From positions 218,778-282,777 of the forward strand of contig JADFCV010000002.1 of NCBI GenBank assembly GCA_017161655.1: 64,000 nucleotides of DNA, read 5' to 3'. The stretch comes from Candidatus Sumerlaeota bacterium. Its GTDB lineage: Bacteria; Sumerlaeota; Sumerlaeia; Sumerlaeales; Sumerlaeaceae. The stretch's first letter is position 1. Each line of letters opens with the position of its first letter. Below are positions 28,353-36,510 of the stretch, in pieces. The translations under genes were made by a program, and so were the position numbers. Below the pieces are notes generated by a model. The model worked only from the letters and a program-made list of their open reading frames with translations. It did not search any database and was not told where the DNA came from.

Positions 28353-30332
28353 TTAGTAGCCTTCTGTCGGATTTACCCCGTATTTTGCTGCTGGATTGGC
28401 CCACCTGAGAAGACCCTGTTCTCTCGCCTTAAGCAACAAGTCGCACCGCGCAGCTTCTTCATTTTCCGTTGCCATATCAGTCTGCAATCGCTGGCGCACT
28501 TGTTCAAATGCTGGCGGTTCGCCTTCCCACCGTTCCTCAAGTTTGACCACGACAAACGTATTTCCAAACTGGCGCACTTCGCTGAGTTCCCCAGCTTTTA
28601 ACCAACTTGCTACCGCGCCAAACATTCGGCCGGCGGGATCGCTGAGATGCGCTAAAACGGATCGTTCGACAAGTCCGCCTGAAGAAGCTCGGTTGTCTTC
28701 CGAAAGCTCCCGCGCAAGCTTCTCAATGTTTTCACCAGCAAGGATGCGTTTGCGAATCTCCTCAGCCCTTTGCTTAGCAGCCTTTCGCGCTTCATCGAGG
28801 GACATCCCGGCGCTGGTAGGTTTCGCATTGACGCTGATGATATAGCCGCGTCCTTCCGGCAACCGCATGAGGTTTTTGCGCTCCTCATAAGCCTTTTTCA
28901 ACAAGGCTTCCGTCACCGGATATTTCTCAGCAATGTAGGAGGACAAAATTTTCTTCATGCGAGCACGCTTTCCTGCCCACTCAAGGTCGCGCGCAACGCG
29001 TGGGTCTTTGTCCACACCGCTTTCCAGGGCCCAGTAAATTGCTGCAAGCTCGTTTGCAACTTCGTCAAAAAGCATCGCCAAAGTCTGCGTGCTCTGGGCA
29101 CGGGTGCGGTAAGCAGCAGTGAATCGCGGGCCGTATACCTCCTCGATTTGTCGCAGGGTCCAGATGTCGTCCTTGATCTTTACTGCTGGTACGTCGCTGG
29201 ATAGACTGTCGGCTTTGGAGACATCGAAGAGTACCGTCACTCCCAGTTTCTCCTTGGTGCTTTTCACACCCTCCTGCCATTTCTTACGCACCATTTGAAC
29301 CTGGAGCGATCGCGGCAGGATACGGCTGGTGATGAGCTCCTCGGTTGTCGGGACGTATGTCGTGAGGCGGTCAGCGCAATACATCAGGTGAAGCCCATGA
29401 CTCGTCTCCAGGATTTCAGAAACCTGTCCTGGCTTGAGGTCGAATAAGGCATTTTCGAGAGCAAGATTCATGGGTTTGGCCTCGGGGCCAATCGGCATTC
29501 GTCTGCTGACCCATCCAATGTCCCCACCGACTTTGCCGCTGGCTGCCTCGGAATACTGCCGTGCCAGCAGGGAGAACGACGTCCCCGCGTCAGCCTGCTT
29601 TTTAACTTCTGTCATCCGTTTCCTCACAGCCTCGGTGCTGCTTGTCGGAATGTCCTTTGAAACCTGCATGAAGAGGTGAAAGGCATGAACTTGCTCAGGA
29701 CGCGTAAATCGTTCCGCATTTTCCCGCGTCCACGCATCCATCTCCGCTTTTGTTGGCGATGTTTCCGATTCGAGTTTCGCGCGCAACCCTTGTTTCAGCA
29801 CTGCTAATTCCTGGAAACTTGTATAGGGGATGGGCACGGCAGGTTTTGGGGTCTTCTGCGCTATGTCAGGAATGAGCTCCTCAATAATCTCTTGTAGCAC
29901 AAAATCTTGTAGGAGCTCGTGTAGGTGTTTTTCACTCCGGCCCCCGCCCTCAAGGTAATCTACCAGGTCGCAGTATGTCGTAAACGCATCTTCACGCAGC
30001 TTTTTCCCTTTCACCACAGCCAGAAGAAATTGGCCCGGGGTCCCCTCACCCGGCAGAGGCTCAGGGGGGCGCTTAGCCTGCCGCACGACAGCGGTCGTCG
30101 GAGTGACTTTCTGCTGAACTTTACTTGGCTTCGCTTTGGGGGATTTTCGATCGATGGGAGCTTTAGTGTCGGCTGCGAAGCTTCGACCTGAAAGCCCAAA
30201 ACACGCAACCACCAGCAATCCAAAAAGTGATGAGAAAAGCACCGCTCTTTTCGTCGAGAAGCATCTCGCTGCGTAGATCATCAGAGAACCTCCTGGTATA
30301 AACATCGATTGTGTTTGTCGCGGAACGCTCAA
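28353..30332 (-). CDS. Periplasmic chaperone / peptidyl-prolyl isomerase, PpiD/SurA-like, with C-terminal parvulin domain
   Basis: 659 aa. N-terminal signal/anchor LFSSLFGLLVVACFGLSG, long chaperone-like middle, C-terminal ARELSEDNRASSGGLVERSVLAHLSDPAGRMFGAVASWLKAGELSEVRQFGNTFVVVKL (PpiC-type). Confidence 0.6.
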   Translation of the reverse strand: MSVPRQTQSMFIPGGSLMIYAARCFSTKRAVLFSSLFGLLVVACFGLSGRSFAADTKAPIDRKSPKAKPSKVQQKVTPTTAVVRQAKRPPEPLPGEGTPGQFLLAVVKGKKLREDAFTTYCDLVDYLEGGGRSEKHLHELLQDFVLQEIIEELIPDIAQKTPKPAVPIPYTSFQELAVLKQGLRAKLESETSPTKAEMDAWTRENAERFTRPEQVHAFHLFMQVSKDIPTSSTEAVRKRMTEVKKQADAGTSFSLLARQYSEAASGKVGGDIGWVSRRMPIGPEAKPMNLALENALFDLKPGQVSEILETSHGLHLMYCADRLTTYVPTTEELITSRILPRSLQVQMVRKKWQEGVKSTKEKLGVTVLFDVSKADSLSSDVPAVKIKDDIWTLRQIEEVYGPRFTAAYRTRAQSTQTLAMLFDEVANELAAIYWALESGVDKDPRVARDLEWAGKRARMKKILSSYIAEKYPVTEALLKKAYEERKNLMRLPEGRGYIISVNAKPTSAGMSLDEARKAAKQRAEEIRKRILAGENIEKLARELSEDNRASSGGLVERSVLAHLSDPAGRMFGAVASWLKAGELSEVRQFGNTFVVVKLEERWEGEPPAFEQVRQRLQTDMATENEEAARCDLLLKAREQGLLRWANPAAKYGVNPTEGY

Positions 30333-30340
30333 TATAAAAC

Positions 30341-31414
30341 TTAGCGCCGCTTGCCACGCCCAGCTTTCGCGCGTGTTTTCGCTCGTGCCTTCTGATCCTT
30401 TTTCGTTTGGGGCTTTTGCGCTGCTGTTTTGGCCTTCTTGCGTTTTTTCTCGGCAGCACCTGATTTTTTTCGGCTAGCTGCCATCACTTTGGCTTTTTCC
30501 TTTGCCACCTTCTTCGCTTTGGGCTTTGCTGCGACTTTTGCCTTAGCTGCCTTCTTGGTCTTTTCGACGTCCTTTGTTTCTGATTTCCGCGGGCGACCAC
30601 GCTTCTTCGGTGCAGCTGGTTCTACTGCTGCCGTAACTTCTGTCTTCCGCGGACGCCCTCGTTTTCTCGGCGTGGGTGGTTGTGAGGGCTGGGCACCAGT
30701 TTCGCTTTTGCGCGGTCTCCCGCGGCGTCGCTTAGGCGCAATTTCTTCCGGTTCTTCGTCTAGTTTCTCTTCGATTGCAGCTATTCTCTCGTCCGCAGCC
30801 ACACTTTCCTTCTCTTCGAGCGCACCGGCCTGTTCTTGCGCTTGTTCCTCCTCAGGGCCAATCTCAGCCTCAGCGGCAGCACGTTCGCTTTCCCACTGTT
30901 CGGGTGGAATGCGGATGAAATCGGTTTCCACTAATTTTTCGAGGGCATCCTTGAGCTGATCAAAGACCCGTTTGAATGTGTCCATCGTCCCACCCATGGG
31001 ATCGGGAATCTGCACGTCCTTCCCATGGTAGCCAACGTACTCTTTGAGTAGGAAGGTTTTCCCCCGCGCCACATCGCTCTCGCGGATGGCTTTCTGAACA
31101 TGAAGCGAGGACATGCCAAGGATGAGGTCTGCTTCCTCAAGCATGTGCACCTTCATGGGACGAGAGCGATGGCGGCTGATGTCCACGCCCTCTTCTCTGA
31201 GAAGAAGTTCAGCTTCTGGGGTAGGCAAGAGACCGGTTGGTGTCATCACGCCGGCCGTTGAAATCTCAATCCAATCGATTCCCCGTTCGTGAAGTAGCTT
31301 TTTCAAATATCCTTCAGCCATCGGGCACCGGCAGTTGTCGCCAGTGTCCAGGAGCAACAGTTTTTTCTTCCGAACGCCAGGCTTCAGCTGGTTGTTCAAG
31401 TGTTTTCCCTCCAA
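30341..31414 (-). CDS. Fusion protein: YwlE-type low-molecular-weight phosphatase-like domain with nucleophile Cys replaced by Asp, acidic linker, three AT-hook motifs, and a histone-H1-like Lys/Ala-rich tail
   Basis: The N-terminal domain aligns to B. subtilis YwlE: LLLLDTGDNCRCPMAEGY vs IIFVCTGNTCRSPMAEAL, and TFLLKEYVGYHGKDVQIPDPMGG vs VFTLKEYVTGSHGDVLDPFGG. The tail carries PKRRRGRPRKSE, PRKRGRPRKTE and KKRGRPRKSE (GRP-core AT-hooks), then KKAAKAKVAAKPKAKKVAKEKAK. The start codon is TTG in the DNA. Confidence 0.65.
   Translation of the reverse strand: MEGKHLNNQLKPGVRKKKLLLLDTGDNCRCPMAEGYLKKLLHERGIDWIEISTAGVMTPTGLLPTPEAELLLREEGVDISRHRSRPMKVHMLEEADLILGMSSLHVQKAIRESDVARGKTFLLKEYVGYHGKDVQIPDPMGGTMDTFKRVFDQLKDALEKLVETDFIRIPPEQWESERAAAEAEIGPEEEQAQEQAGALEEKESVAADERIAAIEEKLDEEPEEIAPKRRRGRPRKSETGAQPSQPPTPRKRGRPRKTEVTAAVEPAAPKKRGRPRKSETKDVEKTKKAAKAKVAAKPKAKKVAKEKAKVMAASRKKSGAAEKKRKKAKTAAQKPQTKKDQKARAKTRAKAGRGKRR
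30575..30736 (-). repeat. Intragenic coding tandem repeats encoding the three (K/R)RGRPRK(S/T)E AT-hook units
   Basis: Three imperfect direct repeats of about 60 nt are visible in the DNA (gcggacgccctcgttttctcggcgt / cgcgggcgaccacgcttcttcggtg, etc.). They correspond to aa 227-280 of the protein. Confidence 0.6.
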
Positions 31415-31507
31415 GCAAAAAGGTCACAAAAATCGATTCTAACATGATCTTCGCGACCTCGGCAGCCACTCGTGCAAGAATTTTTTGCTAGGATGGGACC
31501 CAAAAAT

Positions 31508-31924
31508 TTAAGCCACAGCACCGAGTTTTGCTTTTCCCATGAGTTGCTGCATAGCCTCCTCAAAAAAGGGCTTTTCAATGAGATCTACGGCCCCAGCGGA
31601 AAGCGCCGTTACCCACAGCTCCTCGTCGCCCACATCCGTGACGACGGCGCAGATCACATCTTTCCTTTCACCGAGAATCTCATCGATCAGTTGGGCTACA
31701 TCCGCGCAAGTCTCACCCGCATCAATCAAGACGAGGTCAACCGCTTCCTGTTCGACGACGTTGTGAGCCTCATCCGGCTGGGAAGCTAACCGATATTGCA
31801 CCGGAATCCCAACCTTTTCCCCTGCACAGCGCGCTAAGCGTTCAGCGAGCTCTTTGTCATTGCTCACTACGAGAGCACGCAATGCATTCCCATGCGACCG
31901 CGTCAAACCGTTTGCACCCAGCAT
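31508..31924 (-). CDS. Stand-alone response-regulator receiver (CheY-like REC) protein
   Basis: 138 aa. beta1 ALVVSND, phospho-acceptor Asp in DLVLIDAG, Thr in AVVTD, Lys-Pro in IEKPF. No output domain. Confidence 0.6.
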   Translation of the reverse strand: MLGANGLTRSHGNALRALVVSNDKELAERLARCAGEKVGIPVQYRLASQPDEAHNVVEQEAVDLVLIDAGETCADVAQLIDEILGERKDVICAVVTDVGDEELWVTALSAGAVDLIEKPFFEEAMQQLMGKAKLGAVA

Positions 31925-32188
31925 TGGCGTGACCTCCTAACCTTCTACTTGACCCACTTTTTGGACACCATTTTTCTACGTCAGGTTTCGTAAGGAAAGT
32001 GACACGCACGTGAATTTGCGCGATTGGAACGATTGAACTTATGAGCGCGCCACACATTTGCTGCAACGCGCCTGCCAGGCTTAGTGGTCGGACACGAAAG
32101 CTGATTCTCAAAAAGAGCATCCACCTTTGCAGCGGAAGTCCAAGAGGCGCGCAGCGTCGCCCCTCTCACTCTCCTTCGTTCATCGCGA

Positions 32189-32947
32189 ATGTGGTGCTTC
32201 ACGCTTGAAACCGAACACCCAGCGGCCCCGAACTGTATGCGTCAAGGCGTGAAGACTAGGATTGCCATATATGATTTTGACACCTGTCGCCCAGCCCTTG
32301 AAGCCCATGCCCAAGAGTTGGCGGAGTCGGCAGAAGGACTTGCCCGCTGGGCATCATTCCGGGATTTTATTCAAACCTTTGCTCGTGAGGCTGTAGACAA
32401 TCGCACGTGCGTTATTGGTCAGTTTGATCCTGATGTTGTTTTCGCCTTTGTCCCGGCAGAAGGTTTGGGAGCCAATGATCGCGAAGCTGTGTGGGTCTCG
32501 GTACTTGACCATGCACGTCGACTGATGGGAGGAACCGCCGCTCCCTACTGGCTTGATTTTCTTGACGCGATTGCTCCTGAGGGAATCCCGAAATCACCCA
32601 TTCTCCAAAATTCTTGGCTGGATCCCCACCTTGCACAGGAACTCCAATCGTCGCAGGTTGTGATTTGGGTCTTTTTCAATGCGAGACGTTTTCTGGAAGC
32701 CGTCATTCAGCCACAGCTATCCAAGCGTGGCTTCATGATTTTGCCAGACGAATCTGATGAACAATTGAGCGAACTACGCGTGAAACATCCTGGTTGTCCG
32801 AACAAGGTTTTTCGCATTCCTTGGAACGTGTGGTTTCGCGAAATGGTTGGTGGCGGCTTCAACATGCTCTATCTCATGGCTCTCGTGGCAATCTACTTGC
32901 AGAAACTCGAGCACGCGGTGACAGACAGTGGGCAAAGCGAGCAGTAA
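32189..32947 (+). CDS. Hypothetical protein, first gene of the long co-directional array
   Basis: 252 aa with no recognisable motif (possible alternative start at 32237, MRQGVKTR). Its 3' end overlaps the next ORF by 20 nt. Confidence 0.4.
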   Translation: MWCFTLETEHPAAPNCMRQGVKTRIAIYDFDTCRPALEAHAQELAESAEGLARWASFRDFIQTFAREAVDNRTCVIGQFDPDVVFAFVPAEGLGANDREAVWVSVLDHARRLMGGTAAPYWLDFLDAIAPEGIPKSPILQNSWLDPHLAQELQSSQVVIWVFFNARRFLEAVIQPQLSKRGFMILPDESDEQLSELRVKHPGCPNKVFRIPWNVWFREMVGGGFNMLYLMALVAIYLQKLEHAVTDSGQSEQ

Positions 32948-35225
32948 GCGGCGCTATACGGACGTCGCTCTTTACCGGCGTCTCTTTGGCTATCTCCACG
33001 GCACACGAATGATTGTGGCGCTTCTGGTCGTGTGCATGGTCCTTGAGGGGGCATTCACGGTTCTCACAATTAGCCTTGTCCGGCCGACGCTCGACCTCCT
33101 GGTCAAGAACCGTATTTCCGATTCCTCCAAGGTCCAGCAGAAGGGTGTTTTCGAGATCGGTGCACCTGTGAAGCTACCTGACAACGTTGTGGCAGTGCGC
33201 GCCGTGGGAGAGCTGATTTCCTCACGTGCTGCAGACGAACTGCGTGATCTCTTTGAAGCCGTCATTCGGCCACCCACTCGACGGCTCGTTGTTGATCTTT
33301 CTCAGGTCACGGCCGTCAGCGATGTGGTCTGGGCCCAGTTCCTCTTTGCGAAGCTTCTTACCACTCAAGGCATCAAATTGGATGTCATCGTAGCCGCAAA
33401 CCTCACTTGGCCACCAACCCTTGGTTCGGACGAAAATTTCCGTTTCCTTTCCAGCCTTGATGAGGAGGCCACGCGCATCCTTGCGACTCAAATCGCTCAG
33501 GTCCCCTTGCCCAAGTTGAGCAAGCCGAAAAAAGAAGGCTTTGTTGCCAACCTAAAGCGGCGTGCCGGCGAGGCGGTGATGCCGTACCTTCAAAAGATTC
33601 AAGAATACGTCATGGTGAGCAGCGCCAACAAATTTCGGGTTCTTGCTGGCATTCTGGCGCTGTTAGTCATCTCAGCATTGTGTATGGTGATCGCTTCTTT
33701 TGGCGTCGGCTACCTCAGCGCCTACATGGCCAATCTCTGCGTGACGCGTCTGCGTAATCACGTGATGCGCCACATGCTCCATCTCGATATGGAATTTTTT
33801 AATCGCTACTCAGTTGGCAACCTGATGTCCACTGTGACCCAGGACGTAGCAGCAGTTTCTGGGGCGATCGACATTCTCTTTTCCAACGTTCTAAAAACTC
33901 CAATCACTGTGGCAATGCTCATCGTGGCCATGTTCTTTGTGTCGCCCAAACTAACCCTCTACAGCCTCACGGTGGCGCCTCTCATTGGTCTTCTGCTTTA
34001 CGGAATCGGCCGCCGCGTGCGCAAGGTCAGTCAGCGAATCCAGGAGTTGCGTGCCGTTCTGTCCTCAATTGCCCAGGAATCCTTTGCCGGGATTCGTGTC
34101 GTGAAAGGTTTCAACATGGAAGACCGGCAAGCGGATCGCTACGAGAAGGAAAGCTGGACCGCTTTCAAGCGTGGCCTAAAAACCGTTGTGGCCGAAGAGC
34201 TTGGCACCGGCCTTACGGCCTTCCTTGGTGTTTTCACCGTCGCCGCCATGATTCTCCTTGGTGGCTTTTATGTTCTGCAGACCCGCGAGCTTAGCGGCTC
34301 GGAGTTTGTCCTATTCGTTGTCTTTCTCTCGCAAGTCTTTCGTCCCCTTAAAGGAAGCAGCCGTGTGATTTCGAAAATCCAACGCGGCATGGCCGGAAGC
34401 GACCGCGTGTTCCGGGTCCTGGACCAGCAACCAAATATCAAAGATGATCCTTCGGCTCCCCCGATTGCCGCGCCTCAGCGCGAGATTCGCTTCGAGCATG
34501 TCTGGTTCCGATATCATTCCTCCTCTGACTTTGTGCTGCGCGATATTGATGTGACAATCGAACCAGGCAAAGCACTTGCAATCGTTGGCGAAACGGGGTC
34601 GGGAAAGACCACGCTGGTGAGTCTCTTACCACGTTTCTTTGACCCCAACCAAGGCCGAATCCTTTTCGACGACGTGGACATTCGGACCGTCCGGCTCCGT
34701 TCCCTCCGCGATCTGATTGCCCTCATATCGCAGGACGTTGTTCTTTTCGACGACACAGTCGCCAACAACATCGCCTACGGAATGCCAGCCGACACACCCA
34801 TGGAGCAAATCATTGCGGCGGCCAAAGCGGCAAATGCCCACGACTTCATCATGCGGTTACCAAAGGGGTATGACACGCTTGTCGGAGGTAGGGGAGTCCG
34901 TCTTTCAGGGGGCGAACGCCAGCGCATTTCCATCGCGCGTGCGTTCCTAAAAAACGCTCCCATTCTCATCCTCGACGAGGCAACAAGCCAGCTCGATGCC
35001 GAGACAGAGTCACTGATTCAGCAATCATTGCTCGAAATCATGAAAGACCGCACGGTCTTCGTGGTGGCCCATCGCCTTGCAACCATCTTGCACTGCCACG
35101 AAATTATCGTGCTTGATGCCGGTCGCATAGTCGAGCGAGGGACCCACGACGAGCTCCTTCAACTGGGCGGGCGATATGCGCGATACTATCAACTTCAGTT
35201 TGCCACCGCTGGCGAAAGCTCATGA
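32928..35225 (+). CDS. ABC exporter (fused TMD-NBD, MsbA-like) with a ~170-aa STAS-like domain inserted between TM1 and TM2
   Basis: 765 aa. TM1 MIVALLVVCMVLEGAFTVLTISLV. Then VVAVRAVGELISSRAADELRDLFEAVIRPPTRRLVVDLSQVTAVSDVVWAQFLFAKLLTTQGIKLDVIVAANL, matching the STAS/anti-sigma-antagonist pattern (L.G.L......L...vvDls.V.f.ds.g...l........g..l.l). Then TM2-6 and an NBD (GETGSGKTT; LSGGERQRISIARAF; ILILDEAT). Confidence 0.7.
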   Translation: MGKASSKRRYTDVALYRRLFGYLHGTRMIVALLVVCMVLEGAFTVLTISLVRPTLDLLVKNRISDSSKVQQKGVFEIGAPVKLPDNVVAVRAVGELISSRAADELRDLFEAVIRPPTRRLVVDLSQVTAVSDVVWAQFLFAKLLTTQGIKLDVIVAANLTWPPTLGSDENFRFLSSLDEEATRILATQIAQVPLPKLSKPKKEGFVANLKRRAGEAVMPYLQKIQEYVMVSSANKFRVLAGILALLVISALCMVIASFGVGYLSAYMANLCVTRLRNHVMRHMLHLDMEFFNRYSVGNLMSTVTQDVAAVSGAIDILFSNVLKTPITVAMLIVAMFFVSPKLTLYSLTVAPLIGLLLYGIGRRVRKVSQRIQELRAVLSSIAQESFAGIRVVKGFNMEDRQADRYEKESWTAFKRGLKTVVAEELGTGLTAFLGVFTVAAMILLGGFYVLQTRELSGSEFVLFVVFLSQVFRPLKGSSRVISKIQRGMAGSDRVFRVLDQQPNIKDDPSAPPIAAPQREIRFEHVWFRYHSSSDFVLRDIDVTIEPGKALAIVGETGSGKTTLVSLLPRFFDPNQGRILFDDVDIRTVRLRSLRDLIALISQDVVLFDDTVANNIAYGMPADTPMEQIIAAAKAANAHDFIMRLPKGYDTLVGGRGVRLSGGERQRISIARAFLKNAPILILDEATSQLDAETESLIQQSLLEIMKDRTVFVVAHRLATILHCHEIIVLDAGRIVERGTHDELLQLGGRYARYYQLQFATAGESS

Positions 35226-35256
35226 AAAATAGCCAGAAGGCATTCACTTATCGGTC

Positions 35257-36510
35257 TTGCCGGTTGCAATCAAGCATCACTCACAGATAGCGAAAGCCAT
35301 AAATATGGTGCAATTCGACGATATTCGCTTCGACTGTACGCATTACACAGGCTACAAGCCATGCCGATTTGGTAACGAATGCAAAGGTTGCTGGCACTAC
35401 GAGCCACGTGAGCCTTATTCCGCCGAGCCCGCCCAACCTCTCCGTACGGATGCGCCAGCCCGTTCGACGAACGACACCTCTCCCTTTCGCATTCTCATCA
35501 TCAAAACGGGGGCAATGGGTGACGTCCTCCGGACGACGACGCTTCTTGCTCCGTTACTTCGTCACTACCAGGGAGCAGAGATTACCTGGGTTACAGATGC
35601 TTCTGCTGTTCCTCTCTTGGTTCACAATCCCAAAATACACCGTCTGCTCACTCTCTCCGAAAAAACGAGAGAAAAACTCGCAAATGAGACATTTGATCTC
35701 TTGCTCAATTTCGAGAAAGATCCTGCTCCGTTAGCGCTAGCTGGCCTCGTCCCCGCGCGTTGCCATCGCGGCTTTGCTCCAACGCTGTGGAATACGCCAA
35801 CGGTCTTCAATGAAGCCTCGCGCTACGCACTGCTTCTCGGTGTCAGCGATGAATTGAAATTCCGTATTAACACGAAAACATATCCACAAATTGTTTCGGA
35901 AATGGCTGAGCTTTCTTATGCCCGAGATCCTTACGAACTCTATCTCTCGGAGCACGCTGTGGCAAAACGCGAAAAGCTTTGCAACGAATTGGCTCAGCGA
36001 GAGAGACCATGGATAGGGTTGAATACGGGCTGCGGGTCTGTGTTTCGCACGAAACTCTGGCCGTTAGACCGTTGGGTTGAACTGATTCGCGAGCTTCAAG
36101 CGACACTTCCTGCGGCAACCTTGCTTTTGCTCGGCGGTCCGGCCGAACGTGAAATGAATGCTCAGATCTTGCAGCAATGTCCGGGCGTCATTCACACTGG
36201 CTGCGACAATTCGTTAGAAGAGTTCTTCGGCATCGTGGATGCGTGCGACCTAGTTGTCAGCTCCGACAGCTTGGCCATGCACATTGCGATTGCTCTTAAA
36301 AAGCACGTGGTCGCACTATTTGGATCGACCTCTGCAACGGAAATCGACCTGTTCGACCGTGGCGAAAAAGTGGTCACCGACTTCGATTGCAGTCCGTGCT
36401 ACCTCAAGAATTGCGACAAGAACCCCACGTGCATGCAGGCCATGACTGGCCGACGTGTCGCTGAAGCGGTTCTCCGCCAACTTCAGTCCGTGGTGGGGAA
36501 TGCTCAATGA
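35257..36510 (+). CDS. Glycosyltransferase family 9 (ADP-heptose-dependent heptosyltransferase-like) with N-terminal Cys4 motif
   Basis: The GT9 core FRILIIKTGAMGDVLRTTTLLAPL...GLNTGCGS...LLLLGGPAERE begins at ~aa 77. It is preceded by FDCTHYTGYKPCRFGNECKGCWHY (C-x8-C-x5-C-x2-C). The ORF track start is TTG at 35257; the first ATG is 35305. Confidence 0.65.
   Translation: MPVAIKHHSQIAKAINMVQFDDIRFDCTHYTGYKPCRFGNECKGCWHYEPREPYSAEPAQPLRTDAPARSTNDTSPFRILIIKTGAMGDVLRTTTLLAPLLRHYQGAEITWVTDASAVPLLVHNPKIHRLLTLSEKTREKLANETFDLLLNFEKDPAPLALAGLVPARCHRGFAPTLWNTPTVFNEASRYALLLGVSDELKFRINTKTYPQIVSEMAELSYARDPYELYLSEHAVAKREKLCNELAQRERPWIGLNTGCGSVFRTKLWPLDRWVELIRELQATLPAATLLLLGGPAEREMNAQILQQCPGVIHTGCDNSLEEFFGIVDACDLVVSSDSLAMHIAIALKKHVVALFGSTSATEIDLFDRGEKVVTDFDCSPCYLKNCDKNPTCMQAMTGRRVAEAVLRQLQSVVGNAQ

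Noticed and set aside
28396-28845. 149-aa plus-strand ORF and other ORFs inside 28353-30332
   Set aside because: They are antisense to the PpiD-like chaperone gene, which has a clear parvulin domain.
30575-30736. Tandem direct repeats that might be a CRISPR or other non-coding repeat array
   Set aside because: The repeats are in frame within a long ORF and encode the three AT-hook units. Nothing has the spacer/repeat structure of a CRISPR array, and no cas genes are present.
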